Below are positions 10,800-23,589 of a DNA stretch of 64,000 bases, piece by piece. The notes below the pieces were generated by a model that worked only from the letters and a program-made list of their open reading frames with translations, had not been told where the DNA came from and searched no databases. Source of the stretch: Perna viridis. Taxonomy: Eukaryota. The position numbers and the translations under genes are program-made. Location of the stretch: the NCBI GenBank assembly GCA_037379345.1, contig CM074520.1, forward strand, positions 38,474,664-38,538,663. Direction: 5' to 3'. How positions within the stretch are numbered: the first letter of the stretch is position 1; the number at the start of each line of letters is the position of its first letter.

Positions 10800-13700
10800 G
10801 CAAATCCCATCCCACAGAAGACAACTTTTGGTTTTTACCTCATCCACGAGAAGGTAACTTTTGTTGTTTTCGATGGACTTGTTCCATTGAAGCCATTAAC
10901 TTAGATATTATAACCTAATGATTTTAGTATATGTTAATTTGTTTGTTCCAGTTGATGAAAATGAAATATTATTCAAATGTATAAAATATATTCAAAATGT
11001 CATAGTATGCATTTTGCCATGGTAATCATATTAAAGGAAGTATTGTCTTCAAATGATTCAATAACGTTGTGATTTTCTAACTACTCCTCCATTATATATC
11101 GATAGATGTCAGTGTTTAATTGTGTACTAGATTCATTCGCTTAAAGTTTTGATATAGTAGCAAAGTATTCCTTTGTAGCTACTGAAAACTCCGTGTATAT
11201 ATTATGTATAACTTATTTCATATAAATCAAAGGGAAGGAAATCTTGTTGTTCATTAATGTGAAGTTTTATTGAATCGCTCGTTGCATCCTACCCAGTCAT
11301 GTTTATTATGTTTAATTGGCAATTAAATGCTCATTGTGTACAAATAAAACTTTGGTATTCTTGAATCTTACTAAATGTTTTAGAGAATATCAAATAGCTA
11401 AAATGCAATGAAGGATGGTATGTATGTGATATACTTATGTCTTTGTATGCACATGTAGAAATTAAGAAGTCATGAAATAGGAGAAAACTAGAATATTTCA
11501 ACCTGGACGATTACACTACATGTAAGAATACATGTAATCAATATAAGTTTAAAAACATACAATTTAGTGCAATGAAAGCATAATTAATTGTATGAAAAGT
11601 CAACTGGCCAGAGACATTGAAGTGTATTTCTACCATTTCGTTTCATCAAACCTTGCAATTTTAATACATAGGATAGGTTATCTACTTTAATTATGTTGCA
11701 TTTCTTGTCATTTGAAACAACTGCATTTATATCCATGATATTGAATAAACATTCATCTTGCAAAAATCGGAGCATTGGTATCTAGATCAGTTTAACGGTC
11801 TATAAACAACATCAAACAAATATGAAATTTTGCAATTAACAGCGAATTTTAAGGTATTAACGGGTTCGATATTTTGCAAGCTGTTAATGCCACAGAAACG
11901 TGAAACCATGCATTTGCATTTAATTTACTGTCGATTTCAAGGACTTTTTTTTTGTTTTTGTTTTTTATTAATTTATATATTCATGATAATGTGTATTGTG
12001 TCCTACAGTTGTGCTATAGTAACTGTTTTCCAATCAAACAATGTTCTATTTTCACTATATTTTACTGTTTATCTTTTATTTATATAAAGATATTATTTAG
12101 ATTCATTTCACAAACAAGTTATTCCATGTCAATTTCTCTTGCTTTGTTTGTTAGGATACTAATAACTCAGCTTTATAAATTTATGTTGAGATAGTTGAAA
12201 ATGGGTTCCCATTTTTTTTTGTTTTCTTTTTGCAGTGTCATGTTTAATGCATTTGTTAATTCACAGTAACTAGAATGCATCTATAGATATGTGTAATAAA
12301 AGTAACTAACAAAAGTTAAAAGCAATGTCACTGCACAAGATTTGTTTATGTGCTATTACTTTTATTTTTTTTTTATTTTGCCAAATTTGAAGGGGAAAAT
12401 GGACACTGTCAACATTTTCGGGAAAAAATGACAAGTTTTACTATTTTTCTACGCCACATTTCATGAATCCTCTTAATCATATAATTAAACAGGTTAAAAC
12501 AGTAACTGTCGATGAATTGAAAAGAACAAAACAAAAAACAAAAAAAAACACAAACAAACAAACAAACAAAAAATAACAAAAACAAAATTAGACATCAAAG
12601 GTAATATTATGCTACATTTTTAGGTTAAATAAAGAGTCGACATGAAAATGTGTGTTGTTATAATCATGCATTTTCTTCATGGCCTTGATCATTTTTTACA
12701 ACAAAATATATGTTTCACTTGTTTTTGTGTGTTTTACCTGTGTTTGTTTGTTTTGTTTTTGAAGATATATTGTATACCCATTTCCACCATAGATGTCATT
12801 TTTCTTCGATAAGAAGATAGCGATTTGATTTCCAAACTAATGTTGTATTGAATAGATATTCATACAAAGGATATAATGCACTCATCCCGTTAGGTTACAT
12901 ACCAATTTAACCAATGATGTTTTAGAACATACTTCAAAAAAGTCCTAAACTAGTATTAATGCACTTGTGTTATGTTGCTGTGCAAACAGTGCATATAGGA
13001 TCTACAAAAGTGTGATTGTGTTTTGCAAAGAATTATATTTTCTTCATTTCTACATAGAATTATCACTGTAATTTACTGAATTAAATATTTTTCCAAGAGT
13101 TCTGCATGAAGACCCTTTTTTATGAAATGGAGGGAAATTCCCACTCTATTGTCCACTCATTGTCTTTTAGGAGCCATTGTCAAACTGCAAGGTAGTAAAC
13201 CCCACATAATATTGTCAGGGCTATTAGTGTAAACATGCAGTTTTTCAGGATAAACTTAAGGTGAAAGATCCATAACACATTACCTTAGTATTAATTAAAG
13301 TATAATGAGTAAAGTTTTGATATAATTATTTTTTTAAGAATTGTTCATGCATTGATCACTTTATTTCAACACAAGTCTTACAATATCTTTATCTTTTTTT
13401 CAGCCTTTATAGGTAAGTTTTGATATTATAATATTATTTTATTGTCAAGCATACTTTCATCAATGATTTTAATGGGTTAGTTTTACCAAAGAAATATATA
13501 TTAAGCAATTGCATGTCAAGAAGAAAATTGATATTTTAAAAATACGTTCATACCAACCATTCCACATTTATTTACTTATTCTGCTTCTGATTTAAATAAA
13601 AGTAAACTATATAAGGCACATTTCATATGTATAATTTAATGGAAAATGAATCATAACAAAAACAACAATACATTATTCATTTTACAACGGAGGTAATTAC

Positions 13701-15460
13701 TTTTTTTTCGTTATGTTTCGGATGTTCTTTACAGACACATTTATTTATTTAAGTAAGTCCTTCCTAATAATAATTATTATGTTCATTAACGAATATATAA
13801 CAATGATTATTCATCAAACCTGTGTATACATTTTCTTTGGTTTACTAGTAATCCATATATCTAGTTAACAATATCTTTCCAAATTTTGTTTCTTAATACT
13901 TGTCAATTGTCCATACATCATCGACTTTGTCTAAAAACATTTCACAGTATTTTGAAGATGTTAACAATATTATTTAACAACGTATTTAAACAATTCTTAT
14001 CATGATTAAAATTTCATAAAAACGTAAAGCGATTGACCATCAAGTAATGTATGTTACTTATAATTGAAAAATATATACTTCTAAGCAGACTCCTATGATC
14101 CCCCCCCAAAAAAAAAAACAAAAAACAAAAAACAAAAAAAAACAAATATATACAGTATATCAGATCATTCATCGATCTATCAACTCGATCCGTATAACTG
14201 GCAATTAGCCTCCTATTTCATCACATGACGGCTGAACAGTGACTACATTTTATTTTTACGGGTTCTCTCATTTCGGTTTTTCATTTTTACTCATACTTGG
14301 TAAATGGCTTAGAAATCAAATTATTTTTTTTAGAATAGAATATGAATGTAGATAAACTATTTTCAATAAAAAATAATACTTATATTGTATTATTTTGGAA
14401 TTTTCCAAACGAAAATCATGAAATGTACATGAACCGACCATCCGTTAGTTTACGTGACAGAAATATGATCAGATCGTTCATCGGTCATCGGTTATTGGAA
14501 CGTTAGCGATTATTCAATCGGCAGACATCGATAAATATTTGCGCAGATCGTATTAAGAACAGTATTGTTCATGATAACATATTTCACCTGCTCATTCCAA
14601 GTTGGAAAAAGAGTCATAATGTACACACTTCAATACAAAAATCTGTTTTTCTTTGATGCCTAACTGAACCCCAAAAACATCGCACATAATGTAACTGTAT
14701 TATCAAATGAAATGAACAATTATTATATTCTTACTTCATCAGTTTATTAACCTGGGTTGTAATTAAGGTCATACTGGTTTAGTGAAGTCTTCGTAACTAT
14801 ACAAAACAAACAACCATTATTTAACCTTGTTTTATGCAATTAATATGATCGAAAACATCGATGTGTTTTAGGTGCTGATGAAAGTTATACTAAATGAACA
14901 AATGTTAAAAAAGGGATGGGTGTTTTACTGGTTTTGCGAAATTGACAAAATTATTTTAAGAGTACACTCAACCAGGACACCCCTTTTAATAATACACTGA
15001 ACAACAGTAATACGAGCATGTGTTTGACTCTTTATGACGTGCTTGACTTTAAGACTAATATATCAACCGTAAACGCATGCCCGTTTCTGATAACTTAATA
15101 CAAATCAATAGAAGTATCATGCAATTAGTTAAATATACACCATAATTGTTTTTGTAGAATTATATGTCCATGTGTGTAGCGTTGTTTTAGACTTCAATGA
15201 ACAGAATATTTTTATCGCCGGTAAACCGCTTGGTCAAAGATTTGTGACCATAAATTAGTTTACACAATTCTTTGGTACATCGAATGATTTGATGCTGAGC
15301 TTTTGTTCCACTTAGTGATACTTGATAAAAAACGATATTTCACATCCAAGTTACGGTAATGTCATAAATAAATCGTGAATATTTAAACAGAAATCTTTTA
15401 GTTTTGATAAATAATACAACCATAAGAATTATCTTCGCCGTATCATTACTAGATATTTGG
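10800..15460 (+). repeat. Local segmental duplication, copy A
   Basis: Colinear matches to 31610-34860, 52545-53175, 56260-56700, 57780-58690 and 48780-49270. Confidence 0.85.
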
Positions 15461-17136
15461 ATTTAAACGAGTTTGTGTGCGCTCAAATCTCCTTTATCTT
15501 CGGTAATTGGTGCATACATAAAACAATAGAAGTAACTGTAAAAATCTGTTGAATTCGGAATTATCCCTTGAGATCGATACACAAAACAAACTATTAACAC
15601 ATAGAGCAAAAGACAACAACTTGAATGTATTTCGAAAGTGTACTCGATGTTTCTTTAAATGTTAGGTCTATAAACACTGTCTATTAACTTAATTCAATCT
15701 TGTTTCTATTTGTAATTCTGTAACTGCATTCATTTATTACAACTGAAATAATTCTAAAGATATAAAACATTAATGACACTTTGTAAATGTTTGATGAACA
15801 ATGGTTAACTTAAAGAGATAAGACAAAAAATGTTCTTTTCACATAGGGAAATAAAAACAACTCCCGAAAGGTTACAAATATTTGTATAAAACCATAAATA
15901 CATAATTCGTTTTTGAAATACATGTTTAGTTAATATTCTTGTCACAATTATTTAGAGATAGAAGATATTAAATAAATTAAAAACAAAATTTAGTTATTAC
16001 TAACTGTTACGCGGTAAAGCGATTTCTACGGCTAGCCCATTTAAGGCATTGATAAAATCGAGTTTTCACGATTTATTTTGATTCTAAAAGGATAGTTACG
16101 GTGTGTTTTATTTTTACTTAATTTAAGACATCCTTATACTTTTGCCATCTTAGTTAAAAGTAATTCACACACAACCAAATCAATCCCAACTTAAGCCCGT
16201 GCTTCCCATGTGGCAATAAAATAATAACAATGATTTTTAGAATCAGGAAAAATCACAGTCCTGAAATGAGTTTTATTTGCTTTACTTGAGGTTGTAATTG
16301 AAGATCTAATTTCTTACGTTTATTTCAACGTTAAAGTTTTATCTGTAATACACATAATAACCCTCCTTCGTATACAGTATAGGTAATATCATGTATGATC
16401 ATATATCAAAGTCTAGATTACACCCACAATATATCTTATTCAAGTAGTTTAATTGAAACATATTGGAATAGTTTTAGTTATTTACAGGCAGGTGTATTTT
16501 TTTTTTCATATTTTTTGTAACAATACTGATAATCCAGAATGAGATAGGACACATTTCAGCAATTGATGACGTATATAATTCTATTTAAACATAAAGAGAG
16601 AACCACACATTACAATAGACAGATACATATTCAAACTCCCTTGAGAATAAATTTGTTATGAAATGTAGTCAAACCAATTTTAAACATTACTAGAACTATT
16701 AAAGATATAGCATCGATATAATTTAATGGCAAAACCATACGTCGGTTATCAGACTATAAAATTTTGTTTTTCGTTTTAAAAAAACCGGGAAAACGTCATG
16801 AATATTTATATATGAACATATTCTAAATAATACCTTGTCGAAAAGAAGCCATCGCGACGATTACTGAGATTGACCCTGCCATAACAAATTGGCCATGGTC
16901 GATCATTCAAAAGTGTAGTTATCTGTTGCAGATTGCTACAAATACGAATGGGTAAATGTGGATATCCAACAGAACAATTTGTATAAATGTCTGAATGAAA
17001 ATTGTTTCATTGCAATGAATATATTTGAAGTTTTGATTGATATAATAATTAGTTCAGTAATAAAACATGTGTCGTTTTCTGGTCACTAGTATTCACTTAA
17101 GCAAGAATCATGGACATACACTAACACCTAGCATAC

Positions 17137-17185
17137 TAACACACACACACACACACACACATATATATTTATATATATATATATA
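17137..17185. repeat. Compound (AC)n(AT)n microsatellite
   Basis: Direct reading. Confidence 0.9.
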
Positions 17186-18561
17186 AAGAACGGATATTGT
17201 TAACCATAAAATAAATTCAATAAATCAACATACCTATCAGTAATACATTCAAAGCCCGACAACATATAACATAATTCACTGTAAACAATGAAGGAGAACA
17301 ATTCTTCAATCCCAAACTAAAAGTAATATAACGGCCATTAGACGCATCCATGACCAGCATTTCGTGACATTGGACGGAAGCATGACATTTGCGGTAGTGT
17401 TAAAGTAGTTTTTAAAGGCCTTGAAAATCCCCCAAAAATGAAAACACCAAACAAACATACCATGAAAATCATTCAATAATACATTTGTATATATTTATAT
17501 GTTTATACGGATTACAGCAAATGACATTCTTACATGTATACAGGTAAGTGATGTAAATCAAAACAAACATTCTCTGCACGAGGAACGCATCAAGTGAAAT
17601 ATTACAAATGTGAAAACTGTAAAACAACGTTAGGTTTGTTTATGCCAAGGTTTTTTTAATTTTTTTAAAAAATTATTAAATGTATTATTATTTCTTTTAT
17701 TCCTCCGAAACGTTATTTATGAATCAACTGTTAAAAACCTAAAATTAAAGAAACAAACAAAAACAAAACAAACTTTTTTTTTCAATTTCACTACAAGCAA
17801 TTTGTCAGCCAACAACAGATAAAACTGCCGTCCTCTTTCGATCTTCAAATCATTACACGGGATGAATATATCTTTCACAGTTAAAATGTAGAAAAGTTTA
17901 CTAGATTTATCCTCAAGTTGTCCTCAAACGTCGGTAAAGAATTCTAACAAAACCGATTTCATATTTAAACCTTATTTTGCAATAAAGATCTACACGTGTA
18001 ACTGTACATTACAAAGTGTTGTTTTGTACTGTGTATACAGTGGACATATCATGTTATAAAATGAATTTAAATGGGTTATACATACACTGCTATTTTTAAC
18101 CTTTATCAATTACATTATTGATTGTCGGATATGTGCGTACACAGTGTCAGTTATAATCCAAAAGTACATATTCCTAACTCCTACAAATAAAGTCGTTTGG
18201 TTTTTAATTGACATCATTCAAATGGGTTGAACTCACGCTATTTATTTTAGATTTTGATTACAACATATCGATATACGTATACACATTATCATGTATACAT
18301 CCAATGTACATGGGTTCATTAGATACATTTATGTTCAATTGGTCTTATTTTTAACTCAACTTTACCTGTGGTATTCTACTTCCCTATCTGGTTGGAATTT
18401 TCCATGACGTTTAATTGTATCAAAGTCGTAGTTCCTGGCTAGATATTACACAAAAGCAGTATGTATTTAAAGTATTTTATATAAAGTTTCTCCCTTCTCT
18501 TTTTGTACATAATGGCGTTTTTTAAACACATACTCTACTTAGTTCATTATCTTGTTTATAG

Positions 18562-19188
18562 TCGGCGTCACATAAATAACATACTGTTAAAATTTTAATA
18601 AAAATATTTTCTACGACTTTATTGACACCTACCGTCGTTTAAATTGTCTTAAATGACTTGCTCATTCGTTTAGCCAAACGGCTTCTCCCTAAACATTGAA
18701 TCGTTACATTCCGGTCATATTTTAATTCTAGGTGGCAATATTTACATTGTAAAAAGTCGGCCATGTTTACAGTGATCGGGTTGCTAGGAGATGTTGTTTA
18801 CGTTTAAATGGTTTGTCCAAAAACCGAAGAACCCAGAATGCAATTCGGCGTTATTTCGGATATCTCGGATTTATTTTACGCGAACAACGTACAATACCGA
18901 GAAGTTGATCAAGCAGACGATTGTCACCGGAGTTCGACGGGAACTTACGCACTTCGTTTGTAAACAAATCGTCCCGTAAAAACCAACATGGCGGATATTA
19001 GTATGGGATTTTCCCGTAAGGATTTGTTACGCATGATTTAAGCTAATAAGCGACTTGTTTTTGAGAAGCTGTTTGGCTAAACGAATGAGCAAGTCATTTA
19101 AGACAATTTAAAAGACGGTTGGTGTCAATAAAGTCATAGAAAATATTTTTATTCAAATTTTAACAGTATGTTATTTATGTCACGCCGA
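18562..19188. mobile_element. MITE / foldback element with ~125-bp terminal inverted repeats
   Basis: TCGGCGTCACATAAATAAC...CCAAACGGCTTCTC is the near-perfect reverse complement of GAGAAGCTGTTTGG...GTCACGCCGA. Confidence 0.92.
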
Positions 19189-19414
19189 GTTTAGTTTTAC
19201 ATTGACATGATACAGCATGAATTTATGTTGAATTTACCACTCACTTCAACGTTAAATAAAATACCAGTTTGGTGATATATAGCTGGCCAATTCTGTATGG
19301 TGAAATAGTCCCTATACACTTACAAAAATGCATACGCATTGTGTAATTTAAGATTTAATGGATTAATCTTAACCTAGTTGTATTTGTTTGTCGATGATAA
19401 AATGAATAAAAAGA

Positions 19415-19685
19415 TAAACGTGCAATAGAAGCGTTCGTTTAAACGCACGATAAGAGCGTTCAGTTGAACGCATGATTGGAGTGTTTGTTTTTAAACACAC
19501 GATACGAGCATTCGTTTAAAAGTACCACAGAAGCCTTTGTTTATGTTTGTACTCCGATTATTTCCTTGATTCAATTGTTATTTATATATGTTTTGCTATT
19601 ATTAATTTATATATTTTCATTTATTTTTTTAGCGTGCGTTTGGGTTTCGTGAGTGCGGGAAACCTAAACCTCTCAAGGAGTGTAT
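19415..19685. mobile_element. Interspersed repeat with internal ~25-bp GCGTTCGTTTAAACGCACGA units
   Basis: Relatives at 30220-30395 (inverted), 47870-47960 and 62145-62520. Confidence 0.65.
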
Positions 19686-19799
19686 CAAGTACATTACAGT
19701 GTAACTTGTCTTAAACAGACCCAGAAAAAGATAGAAAATGTCAAAATCGTACATCGTCTATGATTCCTTGAAGTCTGTTTTAACTAATTCAGATAATGC

Positions 19800-20108
19800 G
19801 TAAATCGATCAATTTAGAAAGTCCGTTGATTACGAGATGTTTTATGGTACTTTCTTTCCTCTTTCGTCTACCCCAACTTGACTTTTATGAACAACAGGGC
19901 GGGTGTTTCTAGAAAAGCAGAAGATCCTTACCCTATCGGAGCACCTGGTCCATGCCCCTAGTTTTTAGGGGATTCGGAGTTGCTCATTTGCTTTTGTTAC
20001 TTTGCCTGTATGTTCTGTGTAATGTATGCCTGTTTTTCATGTCTGGCTTTTGTCCCTGGTGTGCATTCTTTTGATTACCGCTATAAACTTGGTTCCCTTG
20101 ATTATTCT
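19800..20108 (+). mobile_element. 3' tail of Naiad-type PLE
   Basis: GCGGGTGTTTCTAGAAAAGCAGAAGATCCTTACCCTATCGGAGCACCTGG...CCCTTGATTATTCT. Confidence 0.85.
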
Positions 20109-21974
20109 TTTCCAGTCAGAAACAATATGGAAGACTGAGAATCCATATATAAAGGAATCGTTATAAAATATCTTTTGCACTTGTATTTATTTTTGATTTT
20201 ATCTATTTGCAATGTGTCTTCTCCATATTCGGATATTCTCTGTTCGGTCATAAAATAAAATGCATTTGTATAAAATATGTTCAAAGTTGGAACTTGAATA
20301 TCGTAAACGTTTGTTCAAAAATATATGTCTCTGCTAATAAGTTCATGTATTCTCCAATGTCAAAATTATACACGGCACACATATTAAGGGTATCATTAAC
20401 GATTTTAAAGAACAAGAGTTTCAAATGAACGTGTAAAGGGTGAAATGTACAAAAAAAATTAAAATTCATTACAAATTGGCTTTGGTAACCCTAACAGTTT
20501 TGCCTTTTCGCCGTAGTCACTTCCATATAACTTAAAGATGAGGTGTATATAGTAGTTTTGTAATAACATTTTTTCTATTTAAAAAAAGAACAAAATAATA
20601 AAGGGCGATAACTAAAAAAGATAGATTCACAAAGCAAACACGTTCTGTATGAAGTCGTTTATGCCAAAACAGTATTTTTTTTCCTTTATTTAAGGCCAAT
20701 ATATTTTTCAAAGTTTCAATAAAAGCAAAGAAATATAACATCACGATATAACGATGCTCTTTTAGTTGGGATTTGTTTTTCGTTTCGAAAACACAGTGTT
20801 ATCTAGAATGGATATTGTCAGTCGTATCCTTATACACCTAGCAGATAAAAAGATATCCCTATCTATAATTGTATATATACTCACCAGAACGATAAATTTG
20901 CGTTGGGGAAAATAAAAGTTTTTCATTTTGTGAAACAGGATTGTTAATGCGTTAACAACCGTCAAATCCGTAACGTATAGTTTTAGTGCATTGGTTGTGT
21001 AAGCTAAGGTATCCCATTAGAGTGTCATATATTCTTGTAGCCAAATCCACTTAAAACATTAGAGAATAAGAATTATAGTTACACTAACCAAAATGATATT
21101 ATTATACCACCCCATGTGGGATACAGTAATTATGATATTCATGATAATAGAAATAACAACAATCGTAACAGAACAGTTACCTACAATTGACTGTGTATGA
21201 CATATTTTATGCATTGCATATTACCGATGTAGATGCATATTCTTTAAATAACTACCATTGGTCTAAATTTAAATCATTTTGCCAATGAGATTTATTTGAC
21301 TTCCCTGTCTGGCGTATATCTAACACCAACGTTACTTCATTATTAAGACATTGGTCAACATAAGGCCAATGGGTAGGTATTTTGAATATGTTACTATCTG
21401 GTGGTGTGTCTCATGTTTTATACATAATAATATAAATAAAATAGTTTCGTTTTTGGTTTACAACAATCATGATTTATACAAAACTTGTCACATTGATACA
21501 TCAACACTGCTCAAAGTTTATGTGAACAGTGTTGTAAGCTGAAAAAAAAGTAAAGTCATTCATCTTTGTATACATGTACTTTAAACACCATTTATGATAA
21601 TTGAAATTGATTCCAAAACAGAAGAGGTAAATCCGTTGTTGAAGGTCAGATATTCATATCATGTGTCATAAAATTTTCTTAACCAAAATACCCAGGTTTT
21701 ACATTCAATTACCTTCCCCATGTGGTGCAAAGGTACATTTCCCCAGTTTAACACTTCCAATATTGAAATTTCATAGAGAAAATCTTCTGGAACATATCAG
21801 CTTGTGCTTAATAGATGATATAGTTATGTAGAGGTGTATATTTTCATGATAATTAGTAGTAATAAATTGTTGGTTTCCTTAACGAGCTAATTATTTACTA
21901 AAAATGAATACTAGTACGTATACTTTGTTAATTTTGTAATATTGATTTACACACATTTATTCTTTGTTTTATAT

Positions 21975-22610
21975 CAAATTCCCAACGATGTTAGAACTGT
22001 TAAATTTGCGACTCGTACCGCTGTGACACCTATGGTAACACCGCCTGCACAAAGTCCAGTGCCATAGATCATTGGGCTAGATAGGCTGTATATAAATATA
22101 GGAGGGCCTGAAAAATTCCCAACGATATTAAAACTGTCAAAGTTGCGAAGCAAATTTGTTGGCCGTTCCCTTCTCTACAGTGAATAGAGTCGTCACATTC
22201 TGAAACGTTGTATAATATTGATTTGTTGTGACATGCATCATTAATTTGATCCTCTATCCTACAGAATAACACCTAGATGAACAGTCCCGTACTACCACAT
22301 ATCGTGTAATAATTTAAAGCCCTAGATAATTCTACGAGGAGGAATGACCCGGCCAGCCAAAGCTATATTTTAATATAGCCTAGCTGGCCGAGTGGTCTAG
22401 GGCGCTGGACTTAGTGCAGGAAGTGTTGTCATAGATCTCACAACGGTACGAGTTCGAGGGAATGACCAAAAACTTTGCTTTGCAAATTTGACAGTTCTAA
22501 CATCGTTGGGAATTTTTCAGGCCCTTCTATAAGTTAACGTTATCTTCCCTGTATCAATTTGATCCGATGGAGCAGTGTAGCGAATAGAGTCGTCACATTC
22601 TGAGACGTTG
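21975..22610 (+). mobile_element. tRNA-headed non-autonomous retroelement: inverted 5' segment (21975-22172) plus a 400-bp unit with terminal redundancy, ending at TATATA
   Basis: GAATAGAGTCGTCACATTCTGA at 22182 and 22582. A box at ~22385, B-box remnant at ~22449. Minus-strand partial copies lie upstream. Confidence 0.8.
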
Positions 22611-22825
22611 TATATATATTAAAATAGCTAGTTACAACTTCAATTTGATTTTAAGTAAGATAGTTGCCTTTGCTAATATATGCTTTTGAATTTATGTACA
22701 ACTCAATTTGTCATAAACTGAATGATGAACATCAATGAACGATACTACAGAAAATTTATGTGACCCACCAGTCGTACTGGGAATTACTTTCTACATTCAT
22801 TTTTACAGGACTATTGAGATAAGCA

Positions 22826-23589
22826 ATGGCTCAAATAGCTTCTAAAACATGTGAAATTTGTGTCAGTGCCCCAGGTGAGTATCACTGTCAGCAGTGTGAG
22901 CAAATGTTCTGCAATAACTGTAAAGTAGGACACCTTAGATCGAAGTCGGCAAGGAGTCATACATTCGTGACCGGAGAGGAAATCGACAAAGAAGTAACAC
23001 TGATCTGTGGACAACATAAAGAACTTTTCATTTACCACTGTCTTCAGTGCGATACACAAATCTGCAAAATGTGTGTCGTAAAGACTCATAAAGGCCACGA
23101 TATTTCTGAATTGTCAGAATATACCGAAAACCTTCAGAAGAACGTGAGGACAGCTATTGAGGATAAGATACAGATTTTGCAGTTAAATGCAAACCGTATT
23201 GAGAAGGGAACCAGTCAGTACAGACTCGAAGTCAAAACCGCTATTTTTACCATCACTGAAGAAGGCAATCGACTTAAACAACTTATCGATAGAAAGGTTG
23301 ATGAACTTATTCAACAGGTAAAAAAACACGAATCGGAACAGATGACGAAATTGACCACTATGCAGAACGACTTAGAAAAAGATATTGACAATGTAAAAAA
23401 GTACAAGCAACAACTTGAAACCTTCCAAAGAGGTTGTCACGATGAAACAATAAACAAGCAAATAAAGCAACTAAAATTAGATGTTGAAACGTTAACAGAT
23501 CAACTCCCAACCATGCCCACATTGTCCTACAACCCTAAACAAAGATATGAAGAAGCCATTACTGATTTGTTTGGAATTTTGGATATGAG
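22826..23589 (+). CDS. RING-less TRIM-like protein, first coding exon (B-box1, B-box2, coiled coil)
   Basis: CEIC..CQQC..C..C...H...H and CGQH..HCLQC..ICKMC..HKGH followed by a heptad-rich region. Acceptor TTTTACAG ends at 22808, donor AG|GTTAGT at 23589 (phase 2). Confidence 0.93.

Noticed and set aside
14735-14796. Minus-strand exon-like segment with good splice sites
   Set aside because: Stops in all three frames and the paralogue has lost the AG. At most a non-coding exon.
14848-14890. GAAA...CTGATGA resembling a type II hammerhead
   Set aside because: No stem I or II pairing, and the paralogue near 57900 lacks the core.
22560-22600. Hammerhead-like CCGATGGA-GC...GC-GAAT in the tRNA-headed element
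   Set aside because: It deviates from CUGANGA/GAAA at several core positions, stem II varies among copies, and stems I and III could not be built.
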